From a bacterium (GTDB lineage: Bacteria > BMS3Abin14), in NCBI GenBank assembly GCA_020350725.1, contig CP070719.1:308999-372998 (forward strand): a stretch of 64,000 nucleotides of DNA. The letters run 5' to 3'. Below are positions 1-8,343 of the stretch, in pieces. Under the pieces are notes generated by a model. That model was given only the letters and a program-made list of their open reading frames with translations, was not told the origin of the DNA and did not search any database. Numbering within the stretch: position 1 is the first letter of the stretch; every line of letters starts with the position of its first letter. The translations under genes were made by a program, and so were the position numbers.

Positions 1-376
1 TCGTCATGTCCTCCGGTAGGGAATGCCAGCCCGGCAGCTGTTTGTTGGTCTGAACGTTTACGTTGGAAAAGGACACGATGTCCCCGAAGTCCTTTCCGGG
101 AGGACCGTCGTAAAGGGTCCACATGCCGAATTCCTCCCTGACGGACCACCCGGGGTACTTTTTTCTGAACCATTCCCGAACCGCCTCGGGACTGTCCTTG
201 GTGGCGAACCGGACCCCCATGTCGGCGCTGCCGATGCAATAGACAGCCCCGGGGTAGACTTCAATTCCCGCCCCGTCGAGGTCCGCCTTCACCCCTGCCG
301 GGATGTCCGCGGCCAGTATCGGGACAGCCCACGTCAGCAAGCCGAGAAGGATAACCACTAAAGCTTTTCTCAACAC
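1..376 (-). CDS. hypothetical secreted protein (5' part; continues beyond window start)
   Basis: Minus-strand frame is open from a GTG at 376 (TTG at 373) to position 1 with no stops. GGAGGA sits just upstream. The N-terminus LRKALVVILLGLLTWAVPILAADIP looks like a signal peptide. It was missed by the ORF track because it has no in-window stop. Confidence 0.4.
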   Translation of the reverse strand, partial: MLRKALVVILLGLLTWAVPILAADIPAGVKADLDGAGIEVYPGAVYCIGSADMGVRFATKDSPEAVREWFRKKYPGWSVREEFGMWTLYDGPPGKDFGDIVSFSNVNVQTNKQLPGWHSLPEDMT

Positions 377-483
377 GCATCCTCCTTTTTTGTCGGTGAC
401 ATCCGAAGTGCTCTGACCCCGGGTGAACGCTGAACTCCGGTGGACATGGATACCATGTCCGCGCCCTTTGAGATCTTCTTCAG

Positions 484-678
484 TTACTCCTGCCAGTGGA
501 TACACTCCGTTGGACACTCGTCGATGGCGCTCTCCTGGATCTCTTCTTCCGAGGCGCCCTCGGGATTAAAGCATTCCGCCAGACCGTCATCATCGAGACG
601 GAAAACGTCAGGCAGGTTCGCCACACAGAGGTTGCAGCCCGAACACTCGTCCTTGTCTACCCACGGAACTCTTGCCAT
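484..678 (-). CDS. small [4Fe-4S] ferredoxin
   Basis: 64 aa with CSGCNLC ... CPTEC cysteine motifs typical of single-cluster ferredoxins. Confidence 0.75.
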   Translation of the reverse strand: MARVPWVDKDECSGCNLCVANLPDVFRLDDDGLAECFNPEGASEEEIQESAIDECPTECIHWQE

Positions 679-1127
679 CTTCTGTCTCCTTTCCAGATCA
701 CGGCGTCGATTTTCCAGAACAAGCTCCTGGCGATGGATCGGCCTGCCGCCGGAAGCATTCGAACAGATATAATTATATACGATAGGATAATCCTAGAACA
801 TGTCGGACCGTGTCAAGGAATGGATAATAGCTCCGTCGAGCGGTCCGACTCCGACCGGGGATATCCGAAATTACACTTTACTCCTTCTCCCGCGGGGAAC
901 GAAGCCCATCGGATGTCGGAACCCGGCCGCGAATTGCGGCTGCTTCGGGCCGTTGCGGCCGGACCCGCCTTGCGCCCGTTTTCTCCATGCACTATCATTA
1001 GCACTCACGTTACGGCAGGTATCCCGGTTCACGAATTCTGACCTGCCAAAACCCGAAATCACCGTGTCGACACTGGATGACCGGCCGGTTTGACGGCTGC
1101 TGATGACAGGCGGGAGGAGGTATTGCC

Positions 1128-1730
1128 ATGCTCAAGGATTATCTGGACGTCCGGGAAATGCTTCACCGGGGTGATTATTCCGTAAACAAGAACTGGGAGA
1201 GGTTCGGCAACCTCCTCGTCCTGAACGAGGGTGGGACGGGAACCATCCGGTTCGGCGACGTGAAGTTCGGCGAGAACGTGCGGATCCGCATCGGTCCGGT
1301 GGGCCTGGTGGAGATCGGGGACTACTCGTTCCTCAACGACCGGACCGAGGTCCACTGCAAGAAACACGTGTCCATCGGCCGATACTGCCTCATCGCGTGG
1401 GCGGTGACCATCATGGACACGGATTACCACGGCATCGGGAAAAACGCCCGTCAGACGGCGCCCACAATCGTCGAGGACGGCGTCTGGATCGGCAACAACT
1501 CGCTCATCACCAAGGGCCTCACCCTGGGCAAGGGCTGTGTGGTAGCGGCCGGAAGCGTCGTCACCAAGGACGTCCCCCCGTTCACCATCGTGGGCGGCAA
1601 CCCGGCCAAGGTCATCAGGGAGATCGAACCCTTCGAGGGGAGACACGGCATGGATTATGAGCCCAAGTGGTGGGATCCCTCCTTTGTCCCCAAGCCACAG
1701 GAGGACGGGTGTCCGGACCCGTCCCCCTAG
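1128..1730 (+). CDS. hexapeptide-repeat (left-handed beta-helix) acetyltransferase, maltose/galactoside O-acetyltransferase-like
   Basis: RBS GGGAGGAGG lies upstream. Repeated [LIV]G-x4 hexapeptide pattern (IGDYSFLNDRTEV, IGRYCLIAW, IGNNSLITKG, GNPAKVI). Confidence 0.8.
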   Translation: MLKDYLDVREMLHRGDYSVNKNWERFGNLLVLNEGGTGTIRFGDVKFGENVRIRIGPVGLVEIGDYSFLNDRTEVHCKKHVSIGRYCLIAWAVTIMDTDYHGIGKNARQTAPTIVEDGVWIGNNSLITKGLTLGKGCVVAAGSVVTKDVPPFTIVGGNPAKVIREIEPFEGRHGMDYEPKWWDPSFVPKPQEDGCPDPSP

Positions 1731-1772
1731 GTCCTGAAGCGGGGTTCCCGTTGGGACAATAACGGCCACAAC

Positions 1773-1798
1773 GTAAAGGCCCCGTCAGGGGCCTTTAC
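1773..1798. terminator. palindromic hairpin between convergent genes (bidirectional terminator candidate)
   Basis: GTAAAGGCCCC-gtca-GGGGCCTTTAC is a perfect 11-bp stem, sitting between the + gene ending at 1730 and the - gene ending at 1853. Confidence 0.5.
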
Positions 1799-1852
1799 AT
1801 TCAGCGGCAGGTTCCGGTTCGGGACAGCGGTGACAGCGGACATTGACCGGCC

Positions 1853-3091
1853 TCAGGCAACGACCTCCTGCAGGAGAGGGTGGATCTTCTCGACGAATAT
1901 CCTTTCCCACCGGTAGGACCCCAGGACCCTTCGGAACATCCTGTGGGGGGCCAGGCTCTGGGTGAATTCCACCAGCCTGGAGGCGACTGCGGCCGGAGGG
2001 TCCTGGGCGGATATGGTGCAGACGTCCGAACCGCCGATCTCCAGGAAGGGGGCGATGTCCGAGCAGACGATGGGCAGCTTTGCCAGGCCCGCCTCCAGCA
2101 GGGGCAGGCCGAAGCCCTCGTGGAGGCTGGGCAGGAAGAGAAGATCAGCGATCAGATAGAGATCCCGGATGAGGGCTTTGGTCAAAGAGGATTCCCCGTC
2201 GCTCCGGAAAAAGTATTCGGCCAGGAAAAGGATGTCGTCCTCCAGGTCGAGATCGGCCGTCAGATCCTTGAGTTCCTTCAGGTAGGAGATCGTTCCATCC
2301 TCGTGGGGGTCGTACGACCCAAGGAGGAGGAGCCGTGCCCGGAGCCCCCGATCCCTCAGGGCCCTGACCACCCGTATGGAGAATGGGATGTTCTTCCTCG
2401 GGTGCAGTCGGGCCGGCTGGAGAAGGAGGAGGTCGGCCTCGAGAAGATCCCACTCCCGGATCAGGCTCTCGATTCCCGGTTCCAGGACAAGGAACTCCCC
2501 CGGGTCGATGCCGTTGGGGATGACCGAGACCTGGACATCTTCACCGAAAAGGGAGGTAAAGCGCCCCCGGCGGGCTTCACAGATGGTCACGTAGCGGATG
2601 TTGGGGTTGCCGCTCCTCAATATCCGCCAGGCCTCTCCAGTCAGAGTGTCGGGATAGCTGTCGTAGAAGAAGGGAGAATCGTGGCACCATCCGATCACCC
2701 TCACAGCATCCGAATCGGCCAGGCGATGGAGGGCCCGGGTGAGGGGGAGGTTGTAGGGCATGGTCAGGACGTTGTGGGCGATGAGGACATCGACTCCGGG
2801 GAGGACGCCGGTCAGGAACTCGAGGATGCGGTCCGTGATGGCCTCCACCGGCCCGCTGCCGGATGGGATCTCCCGGTGGGCGGCCAGGACGTCCGGATGA
2901 CGGGAGCCGAGGAGTGGATTGATCTCGATGGGAAACCTGTCGCTGAATACCCCTCCGCTGCCGGCCAGAAGGCGCAGAGGATGACCGTGACGGTGGAAGA
3001 GGAAGGCCTGCTGAGCCATCACCTCCTCCACTCCGCCAACCACCGGGGGACAGGAATAATGAAGGAGTGCGATGTGCGTGTGCGGCCCCAT
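1853..3091 (-). CDS. GT4-family glycosyltransferase
   Basis: 412 aa with the HEGFGLPLLEAG...PIVCSD motif of retaining GT-B glycosyltransferases. ATG start with GGGAGG RBS. Confidence 0.8.
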   Translation of the reverse strand: MGPHTHIALLHYSCPPVVGGVEEVMAQQAFLFHRHGHPLRLLAGSGGVFSDRFPIEINPLLGSRHPDVLAAHREIPSGSGPVEAITDRILEFLTGVLPGVDVLIAHNVLTMPYNLPLTRALHRLADSDAVRVIGWCHDSPFFYDSYPDTLTGEAWRILRSGNPNIRYVTICEARRGRFTSLFGEDVQVSVIPNGIDPGEFLVLEPGIESLIREWDLLEADLLLLQPARLHPRKNIPFSIRVVRALRDRGLRARLLLLGSYDPHEDGTISYLKELKDLTADLDLEDDILFLAEYFFRSDGESSLTKALIRDLYLIADLLFLPSLHEGFGLPLLEAGLAKLPIVCSDIAPFLEIGGSDVCTISAQDPPAAVASRLVEFTQSLAPHRMFRRVLGSYRWERIFVEKIHPLLQEVVA

Positions 3092-3158
3092 GGCTCACCT
3101 CCCGGCGTCAGACCGCCCCGGAGAAAACACCTGCTCTCTCGTTAATTCCCGATGTCCG

Positions 3159-4460
3159 TCATTCCGGTGGGCCATTGGAGAAGACCTCCAGCAGACGGCT
3201 GAGCTTCTCCTCCAGAACACGGTAGGAGAAGTGCTTCTCGGCCAGGGCAAAATTCTTCCTCACCATCTCCAGGCGGCGCTCTCTGTCCGACAGGACCTCC
3301 CGAATCTTCACGATGTTCTGAACGCTGACGAAACCGTCCATCAGGATAACGTCGAAACCCTTGGGCTCGATGTCCCTGACGTAGGTCGAATAACGGTTCA
3401 CGACAATGGGTCTCTCGTAGTAGACGGCCTCCAGAAACGCGTTGCCGAAACCCTCATAGCCGCTGGGATAGGTGACAAGGTCCGCGCAGCGGTAGACGTC
3501 GCCGATTGTGTAGAGCTTCTCCCCCCTGGCATCTGTCCCCCTCTCGGGAGCGATCATGTCATCGATGTGGATGATCTCGACCCTCATATTTCGTGCATAT
3601 TCCTGGATTCTTCGGTTGTAATCGTCTCCCTCGTCCCCGGAGGCGTGGGAGATGATCAGGAAAGGTTTTGCCAGCTCGAGGTTGTTGACGATCTCGATAG
3701 ACCGTTCGATCCACTTCCTGGGCACCACTCGCGTCGGCTGCAGGACGAGGACATCGTTATCATCGAGACCGACCCTGCGGCGAAGGTCCTTATGATAGGA
3801 ATCAACCCCAGGGGGGATGCTGTCGAAGTCGAGGACGTTGGGGACGATGGTGTTGGAGATGCCCCGGCGATGGCTCAACTGCTCCGAGGCCAGGGAATTG
3901 ATCACCACATGCTCTATTGAGGGAAGATCGGGAGGAAAGGCCATGCTGAGGTAGTCCTCGCAGGCGTTGACCAGGAAGCGGATCCGCTCCCAGGAGAAAT
4001 CGTGATGGTGGGCGATGGTGGGGATGCCGGTTTCCGCGATCAATTCGGTCAGGGCGATTCCCAGGGGGATGTTCATGGGGATGGCCAGGATATTCTCCGG
4101 AACGATCAGATCGATGGAGAACCTCTCGATGTACCGGTAGAGCTCCTCCTTGAGTTCCTCCTTTATGCGATGGACGCTGTCAGTGACGCCTCGGCTGCGG
4201 ACCCGTCGGCCGAAAACTTCTCCGTTAATGGCCAGGATGTCGGGGTGATCGAAGTGGGCCCTGGGGACGAAGCAGGAGACCTCCTCGGGCCTGTCCAGCT
4301 CTCCTGCGAAGTAATAGCACCTGCCGCCGATGCGGGAGAGCACGTCAGCCCACTTGGCGATCTCAAGGGACACACCGTCTGTGCCGGCGATGCGGGTGGA
4401 GATGAAGCCGATGTTCTCTAAGGGTTTTGGTGCGGACCGGGACTTTTCAGTGGGTGTCAT
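3159..4460 (-). CDS. GT4-like glycosyltransferase (second, longer paralog)
   Basis: YPSGYEGFGNAFLEAVYYERPIVV motif. The track ORF begins at a TTG; an ATG at 4460 (MTPTEKS) with a GAGAGG RBS is the more likely start. Only 68 bp separate it from the downstream GT4 gene. Confidence 0.65.
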   Translation of the reverse strand: MTPTEKSRSAPKPLENIGFISTRIAGTDGVSLEIAKWADVLSRIGGRCYYFAGELDRPEEVSCFVPRAHFDHPDILAINGEVFGRRVRSRGVTDSVHRIKEELKEELYRYIERFSIDLIVPENILAIPMNIPLGIALTELIAETGIPTIAHHHDFSWERIRFLVNACEDYLSMAFPPDLPSIEHVVINSLASEQLSHRRGISNTIVPNVLDFDSIPPGVDSYHKDLRRRVGLDDNDVLVLQPTRVVPRKWIERSIEIVNNLELAKPFLIISHASGDEGDDYNRRIQEYARNMRVEIIHIDDMIAPERGTDARGEKLYTIGDVYRCADLVTYPSGYEGFGNAFLEAVYYERPIVVNRYSTYVRDIEPKGFDVILMDGFVSVQNIVKIREVLSDRERRLEMVRKNFALAEKHFSYRVLEEKLSRLLEVFSNGPPE

Positions 4461-4576
4461 GGGACGGCCTCTCGGCAAGGTTTGGATATTTGGGTTCTTT
4501 CATGCGCCCGCTATTTTGCGCACCACCCATTATTCAGAAGAATGGCGGGAGAGGCAAGTCCTGTTCAGCCGCATCA

Positions 4577-4640
4577 GGTTCCAGATTCCAGGCTCCGGGT
4601 CCGAGGTTTCCGGATGATCTGAGAGTGCTCTGACCCCGTT
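4577..4640. repeat. heptamer tandem array (GGTTCCA-like x5) plus conserved tail GGATGATCTGAGAGTGCTCTGACCCCGT
   Basis: ggttcca gattcca ggctccg ggtccga ggtttcc, then ggatgatctgag + gtgctctgaccccgt. The same architecture recurs at 8284-8340. Confidence 0.6.
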
Positions 4641-4670
4641 ACGTTACCCCGTTACCCTCTGACTCTTAAT

Positions 4671-4707
4671 CCGTAGGTACGGGGTTCGATTCCCTGGCGG
4701 CTCACCA
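4671..4707 (+). other. tRNA 3'-half-like fragment (T-arm + acceptor 3' strand + ACCA); no matching 5' half
   Basis: cgggg-TTCGATT-ccctg followed by gcggctc-a-CCA. No complementary 5' acceptor strand (gagccgc) is found upstream. Confidence 0.35.
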
Positions 4708-4717
4708 GCCAATAAAA

Positions 4718-4752
4718 GGAGCCACTTCAGTCATCTGGAGCGGCTCTTTTTT
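4718..4752 (+). terminator. rho-independent terminator-like hairpin with T6 run
   Basis: gagccac...gagcggctc stem followed by tttttt. Confidence 0.45.
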
Positions 4753-4927
4753 AGGAGTTCCAAGTTTCAGGTTCAAGGTTCCAAGTTAGAGCGTAGTCGG
4801 ACTTGTCACGGCGCACCTCGATGAGCGAAGCCGGATTGCCCTTTAAAACCTCGATTATAAACACTTTATGAGCCCGGAATGAATGACCACCGGACCCATT
4901 CGCGGCGAGCATTCTGTTTGAGGCAGG

Positions 4928-5800
4928 TTAATAGGCAATAAACCGATAACGGACGATTCGGTTGTTGTAGGTGTCGGCGAACCAGATGACGTTGCCTGCG
5001 ATCTCGACGCCCTCCGGTCGGTTAAACAGGCCCTCGCCTTTCCCCGGATTCTTCGTTCCAAGCACATGGAGGAGCTCCCCTCCCCGGGAAACGACTTTGA
5101 TCTGATTGCTGTTTTTGTCCGCCACGTACATCCGGCCCTCGGTATCAAAATCCATGTACCTGGGTCCGTTAAATGCGTACTCGGACCCTGCCAGGGTCGC
5201 GGTGATCTGAAGGGCCTCGTCAAGGCGGACCACGCGGTCATTACCGGCGTCGGCCACCCAAACCGAGCCGTCCGGAGCAAACTCGACATCGTGGGGTGCC
5301 GAGAAACCTCCGGTCTCGCCGGCGACCTCCCCATCACGGTAAACAACCAGATTATTTGAGGCCGCTCCCGTGGCAAACACCCGGCCGTCATCGTGAACCG
5401 CAACCCCTTCAGGTCGGTTGATCCGCCCCCGCAGTTCGCCGACCAACCTGCCGCCGGTGCCGGAAACCTCGTAAATCGAAATCCGGCTGTTGCCGGTATC
5501 CGCGACCAGCAGGCGTCCTTTCCGATCGAAGGCCACGTCGTGGGGCTCACGCACTTCGCCTCGGCCGAAGATCCCGATCTCCTTGAGAGTCTGGCCGTCG
5601 AGTACGGCAATCCGGTGGTTGCCGTTGTCGGCCACGTACAACTTTTTCCCATCCGGTGACAGGACGATGTCATGAGGATGAGCGTAGAATTCGGTACTTA
5701 CCGCCTCCAGCTCGAAAGTGAATGACTCTGCCAAAGCGACAGGCGTCGAAAAAAAAGCGACTACCGCAAAAATTAATGAAATATAAATACGGCTGAACAT
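4928..5800 (-). CDS. secreted NHL-repeat (six-bladed beta-propeller) protein
   Basis: ATG at 5800 with GGAGG RBS and a signal peptide MFSRIYISLIFAVVAFFSTPVALA. Repeated NHL-like units (YVADxGNxRIxV, LLVADTGNSRI, WVADAGNDRVVR, YVADKNSNQIKV). Confidence 0.8.
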   Translation of the reverse strand: MFSRIYISLIFAVVAFFSTPVALAESFTFELEAVSTEFYAHPHDIVLSPDGKKLYVADNGNHRIAVLDGQTLKEIGIFGRGEVREPHDVAFDRKGRLLVADTGNSRISIYEVSGTGGRLVGELRGRINRPEGVAVHDDGRVFATGAASNNLVVYRDGEVAGETGGFSAPHDVEFAPDGSVWVADAGNDRVVRLDEALQITATLAGSEYAFNGPRYMDFDTEGRMYVADKNSNQIKVVSRGGELLHVLGTKNPGKGEGLFNRPEGVEIAGNVIWFADTYNNRIVRYRFIAY

Positions 5801-5984
5801 GGAAACCTCCAATGTTTTAATCCAGAGTCCGTAATTCGCTTTTTATAATTCACTGCCTACTTTCTCAATGTAATGCTCAAAATTCCGGATTCAAGGTAGA
5901 AGCTCCAAGGTCGCAGCTTGAATTTTAACCGATGTTGAAATCCAAGTTACGACCCCGGCCGGGGATAAATCACTCCGCGGATTC

Positions 5985-6023
5985 TTGACAGGGATCTATT
6001 TAATACTGTACAGTACGGTACTA
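5985..6023 (+). promoter_or_regulatory. TTGACA -35-like hexamer plus GTAC-rich operator-like site upstream of tetR
   Basis: TTGACA at 5985-5990. tACTGTACAGTACGGTACT at 6004-6022 nearly matches the sites at 6927-6972. Confidence 0.45.
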
Positions 6024-6118
6024 AATTGAGTCTTTGCCCGGGCACTAACATTCGGTGATTCGCATGCGTCGTGCGGGCTATAAAAATTCGATTCGGAAGC
6101 CGGCAAGGAGGAAGCCCT

Positions 6119-6757
6119 TTGACCAGAGATGAGAGCACCGGAATATCGATGAACACGGCGGGGGAGAAAAGGCGCAAGGCCATCCTCGACGCGGCGTGGT
6201 CCCTTTTCCTCGAGAAGGGGTACGCCGCGGTCAGCGTGGATGAGATCATCCGCGCCTCAGGCGGGTCAAAGTCCTCTCTGTATAAATACTTCGGAAGCAA
6301 GGAGGGTATTCTCAAGGAACTCATAGAATCGTTTGCCGAAGACATGCTGACGGAAGTAAAGCTCCCGTTTCCGCTGGACAAAACCCCCGAGGCCACGCTC
6401 AAAAGAATTGGTCTTCGCATCGGTGGCATGGCTCTGTCCCCGTTCGCGATCAATCAATACAGACTTGCCGTATCCAACGCCAATCCTTTCCCGGAAATTG
6501 CCAGAATGTGGTATGAATTCGGCCCCAAAAAGACCTTTGACGGCCTTGCGGAGTATATGGAGAAGGTAGCTGAAGCAGGAAAGCTGACGATTAAAAACCC
6601 GGAAAGGGCTGCCCTGTTTTTCTTCGGGATGATCATATTCAAGGACAACATGGCCATGTCCATCGGAGCTCCACCTCCAACGGAAGCGGAACTGGAGGAG
6701 ATCGTGGATGAGGCAGTGAGGGTTTTTCTCGCCGCCTACGGGAGGGAGGAAGTCTAA
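6119..6757 (+). CDS. TetR/AcrR-family transcriptional regulator
   Basis: N-terminal HTH KRRKAILDAAWSLFLEKGYAAVSVDEIIRASGGSKSSLYKYF. A TTG at 6119 with an AAGGAGGA RBS 6 nt upstream is the likely start; the track GTG at 6071 has no RBS. Confidence 0.8.
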   Translation: MTRDESTGISMNTAGEKRRKAILDAAWSLFLEKGYAAVSVDEIIRASGGSKSSLYKYFGSKEGILKELIESFAEDMLTEVKLPFPLDKTPEATLKRIGLRIGGMALSPFAINQYRLAVSNANPFPEIARMWYEFGPKKTFDGLAEYMEKVAEAGKLTIKNPERAALFFFGMIIFKDNMAMSIGAPPPTEAELEEIVDEAVRVFLAAYGREEV

Positions 6758-6918
6758 CCTCCATCCAGGATAACGCTCTCCGTATTGGAAGTTGGATCCA
6801 AACAGGGAGCTGGCAGCCCCGGCGAGGCGTCCAATATCTTTTTCTCCATTCAGCTGATCCTCCATTACCTGACACTGTCCACCTGCCGGTTATTTTCACG
6901 AAGATAAAAAATAGTGGT

Positions 6919-6972
6919 TGACAAAGACTGTACGGTACGGTACTTATCTTTTTAGTACTGTACCGTACAGTC
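6919..6972 (+). promoter_or_regulatory. promoter (-35 TTGACA) overlapped by a large inverted repeat GACTGTACGGTACGGTACT / AGTACTGTACCGTACAGTC (operator)
   Basis: Near-perfect 19-nt inverted repeat at 6927-6944 and 6954-6972 around a TATCTTTTT centre. It lies immediately downstream of TTGACA (6919-6924) and upstream of the cytochrome gene at 7113. Confidence 0.55.
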
Positions 6973-7112
6973 TTTAGCGATATGCGCCGGCAAATGCATT
7001 TGAACTGAGGAGGTGACGCTGAAAGCAGATAGATAAAAAGAGGATTCAGTCCCATTGAGGAAGCAGAAGGAAACGGATCAATGAACATGACGACTTGACT
7101 TGAGAGGTACAG

Positions 7113-7970
7113 ATGATGCGCACTTTAACCCTAGTAGTAATTGGAATACTGCTTACTGTTACACCGGCCTTGAACGGCACCGCAGCTCAGATCCAGCGAG
7201 TCCCGGATCAACAGGCCGCGACCGCCCTGCCCGCCTCCCTCGACTCGTTCTACCCGCCCAGCACCGACCGGCCGGTATATCTGATGGACATGCTGAAACT
7301 CGACACCCTCTTCTCGGGCATCGCGGCCGACGTTATGGAGGGGGACCACCAGGGTGCGAAGAGCACGTTCCGGCAGTTCAGATCCCAATATGTGGACGTC
7401 GGGAAAATGGTCCCGGAATGGAGAGAATACTACCCGATGGAACCGGTGGAAAAACTCGGAGCCGAGGTGTCCAGCGGAGAACCGGGAAGGATCATGGCCG
7501 CCATCAGTGAGGTGGGCAGGCTCTGTCACGAATGCCACTTCGTTTCAATGGTCCCCGTTCAGCAGAAGTACCACTGGGGGACTTTCACCGAGGTGAGAGT
7601 CGACGACCCGCTGAGCCGGGAGGAGGTGGACTTCTCACTGTTCAAGAAGTACCTTTCCACTAACCTGGCGGGAATCAGCATTAACCTTCGACAGGGTCAG
7701 ACGGAAAATGCCCGTCGGCAGTTTGCGGGATTCGAGGCGAGATTCCAGGCACTGAAAGGGTCCTGCCTGAATTGCCATGATCAGGAAAACAGGTACTTCG
7801 TCGATGGTGTGGTGGAGGACCTTTTGGGCAGGCTGGGCAGTGCCCTGGGGGACCAGAAGGTCAACACTGAAGCGGTGGAATCCCTGATCCAGGGTATCGG
7901 AAGGGAGAGCTGTTCCAAATGCCACCTCGTCCACGTGCCCGCTGCCTTAGCCGGAGTCAAGTATCAATGA
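7113..7970 (+). CDS. secreted triheme c-type cytochrome
   Basis: Signal peptide MMRTLTLVVIGILLTVTPALNGTAAQ. Three CXXCH motifs: CHECH, CLNCH, CSKCH. Confidence 0.7.
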   Translation: MMRTLTLVVIGILLTVTPALNGTAAQIQRVPDQQAATALPASLDSFYPPSTDRPVYLMDMLKLDTLFSGIAADVMEGDHQGAKSTFRQFRSQYVDVGKMVPEWREYYPMEPVEKLGAEVSSGEPGRIMAAISEVGRLCHECHFVSMVPVQQKYHWGTFTEVRVDDPLSREEVDFSLFKKYLSTNLAGISINLRQGQTENARRQFAGFEARFQALKGSCLNCHDQENRYFVDGVVEDLLGRLGSALGDQKVNTEAVESLIQGIGRESCSKCHLVHVPAALAGVKYQ

Positions 7971-8167
7971 CCTTCGGTCCCGTCCGATGCGGTAGAGGGA
8001 TCCTGGACCGGCCCTGATACCCTAAGACACCCTGAATACAGAAGCAGTCAACAAAGGGCCGTGGCCTGCGCGATGGGGGAAAGTAAGCCCCGAGGAAGCC
8101 GCAGGTCACGGCCCGGATCCATTGGACCAGTCTTGCGCCCGTGTTTTCCATCCAGTGATGGAGTGAA

Positions 8168-8242
8168 TGGTGCTCTGACCCCGTATACCGTGATGGTGCT
8201 CTGACCCCGTATACCCGCCGTATACCTGACCCCGTATACGTC
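8168..8242. repeat. tandem copies of GGTGCTCTGACCCCGTATACC (dispersed GTGCTCTGACCCCGT motif)
   Basis: ggtgctctgaccccgtatacc x2, then tgaccccgtatacg. The same 15-mer occurs at 401-415, 4626-4640 and 9980-9994, and as a TGCTCTGACCCCT variant at 9838-9870. Confidence 0.6.
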
Positions 8243-8283
8243 GCCACTCAGGGGAGGCTGTGAACTGGGACCTGGGTAATCGT

Positions 8284-8340
8284 TCCAGGCTCCCAGTTCC
8301 AGGTCCCAAATTGCAGGTTGCAGGTTTCCGGCTGATCTCA
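8284..8340. repeat. heptamer tandem array (x7) plus GGCTGATCTCAGG tail
   Basis: cgttcca ggctccc agttcca ggtccca aattgca ggttgca ggtttcc, then ggctgatctcagg. Confidence 0.6.
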
Positions 8341-8343
8341 GGA

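Noticed and set aside
23-361. Track ORFs 23..361 (+) and 58..264 (-) at the window start
   Set aside because: Both overlap a third minus-strand frame that has a convincing signal peptide and RBS and stays open to the window edge. Their products are Pro/Gly/Arg-rich with no motif, typical of alternative-frame artefacts in high-GC DNA.
762-811. Sigma-70 promoter for the ferredoxin gene (minus strand TTGACA ... TATATAAT)
   Set aside because: Both hexamers are present but the spacing is about 30 nt, far from the 17-nt optimum. Left uncalled.
1059-1769. 236-aa minus-strand ORF antisense to the hexapeptide acetyltransferase
   Set aside because: It fully overlaps a + strand gene with clear LbH repeats and an RBS. 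Its product is low-complexity (D/G/R/V-rich).
1880-3145. 421-aa + strand ORF antisense to the GT4 gene; similar long antisense ORFs inside lon (34111..35202 -), hoxF (28166..28930 -), trigger factor (30636..32054 -) and other genes
   Set aside because: High-GC genomes generate long spurious antisense ORFs. In each case the opposite strand encodes a recognisable protein family with a proper start and RBS.
4640-4707. Possible complete tRNA
   Set aside because: Only the T-arm, acceptor 3' strand and CCA are present. No complementary 5' acceptor strand, D-arm or anticodon arm could be built from the upstream sequence. Kept as a tRNA fragment.
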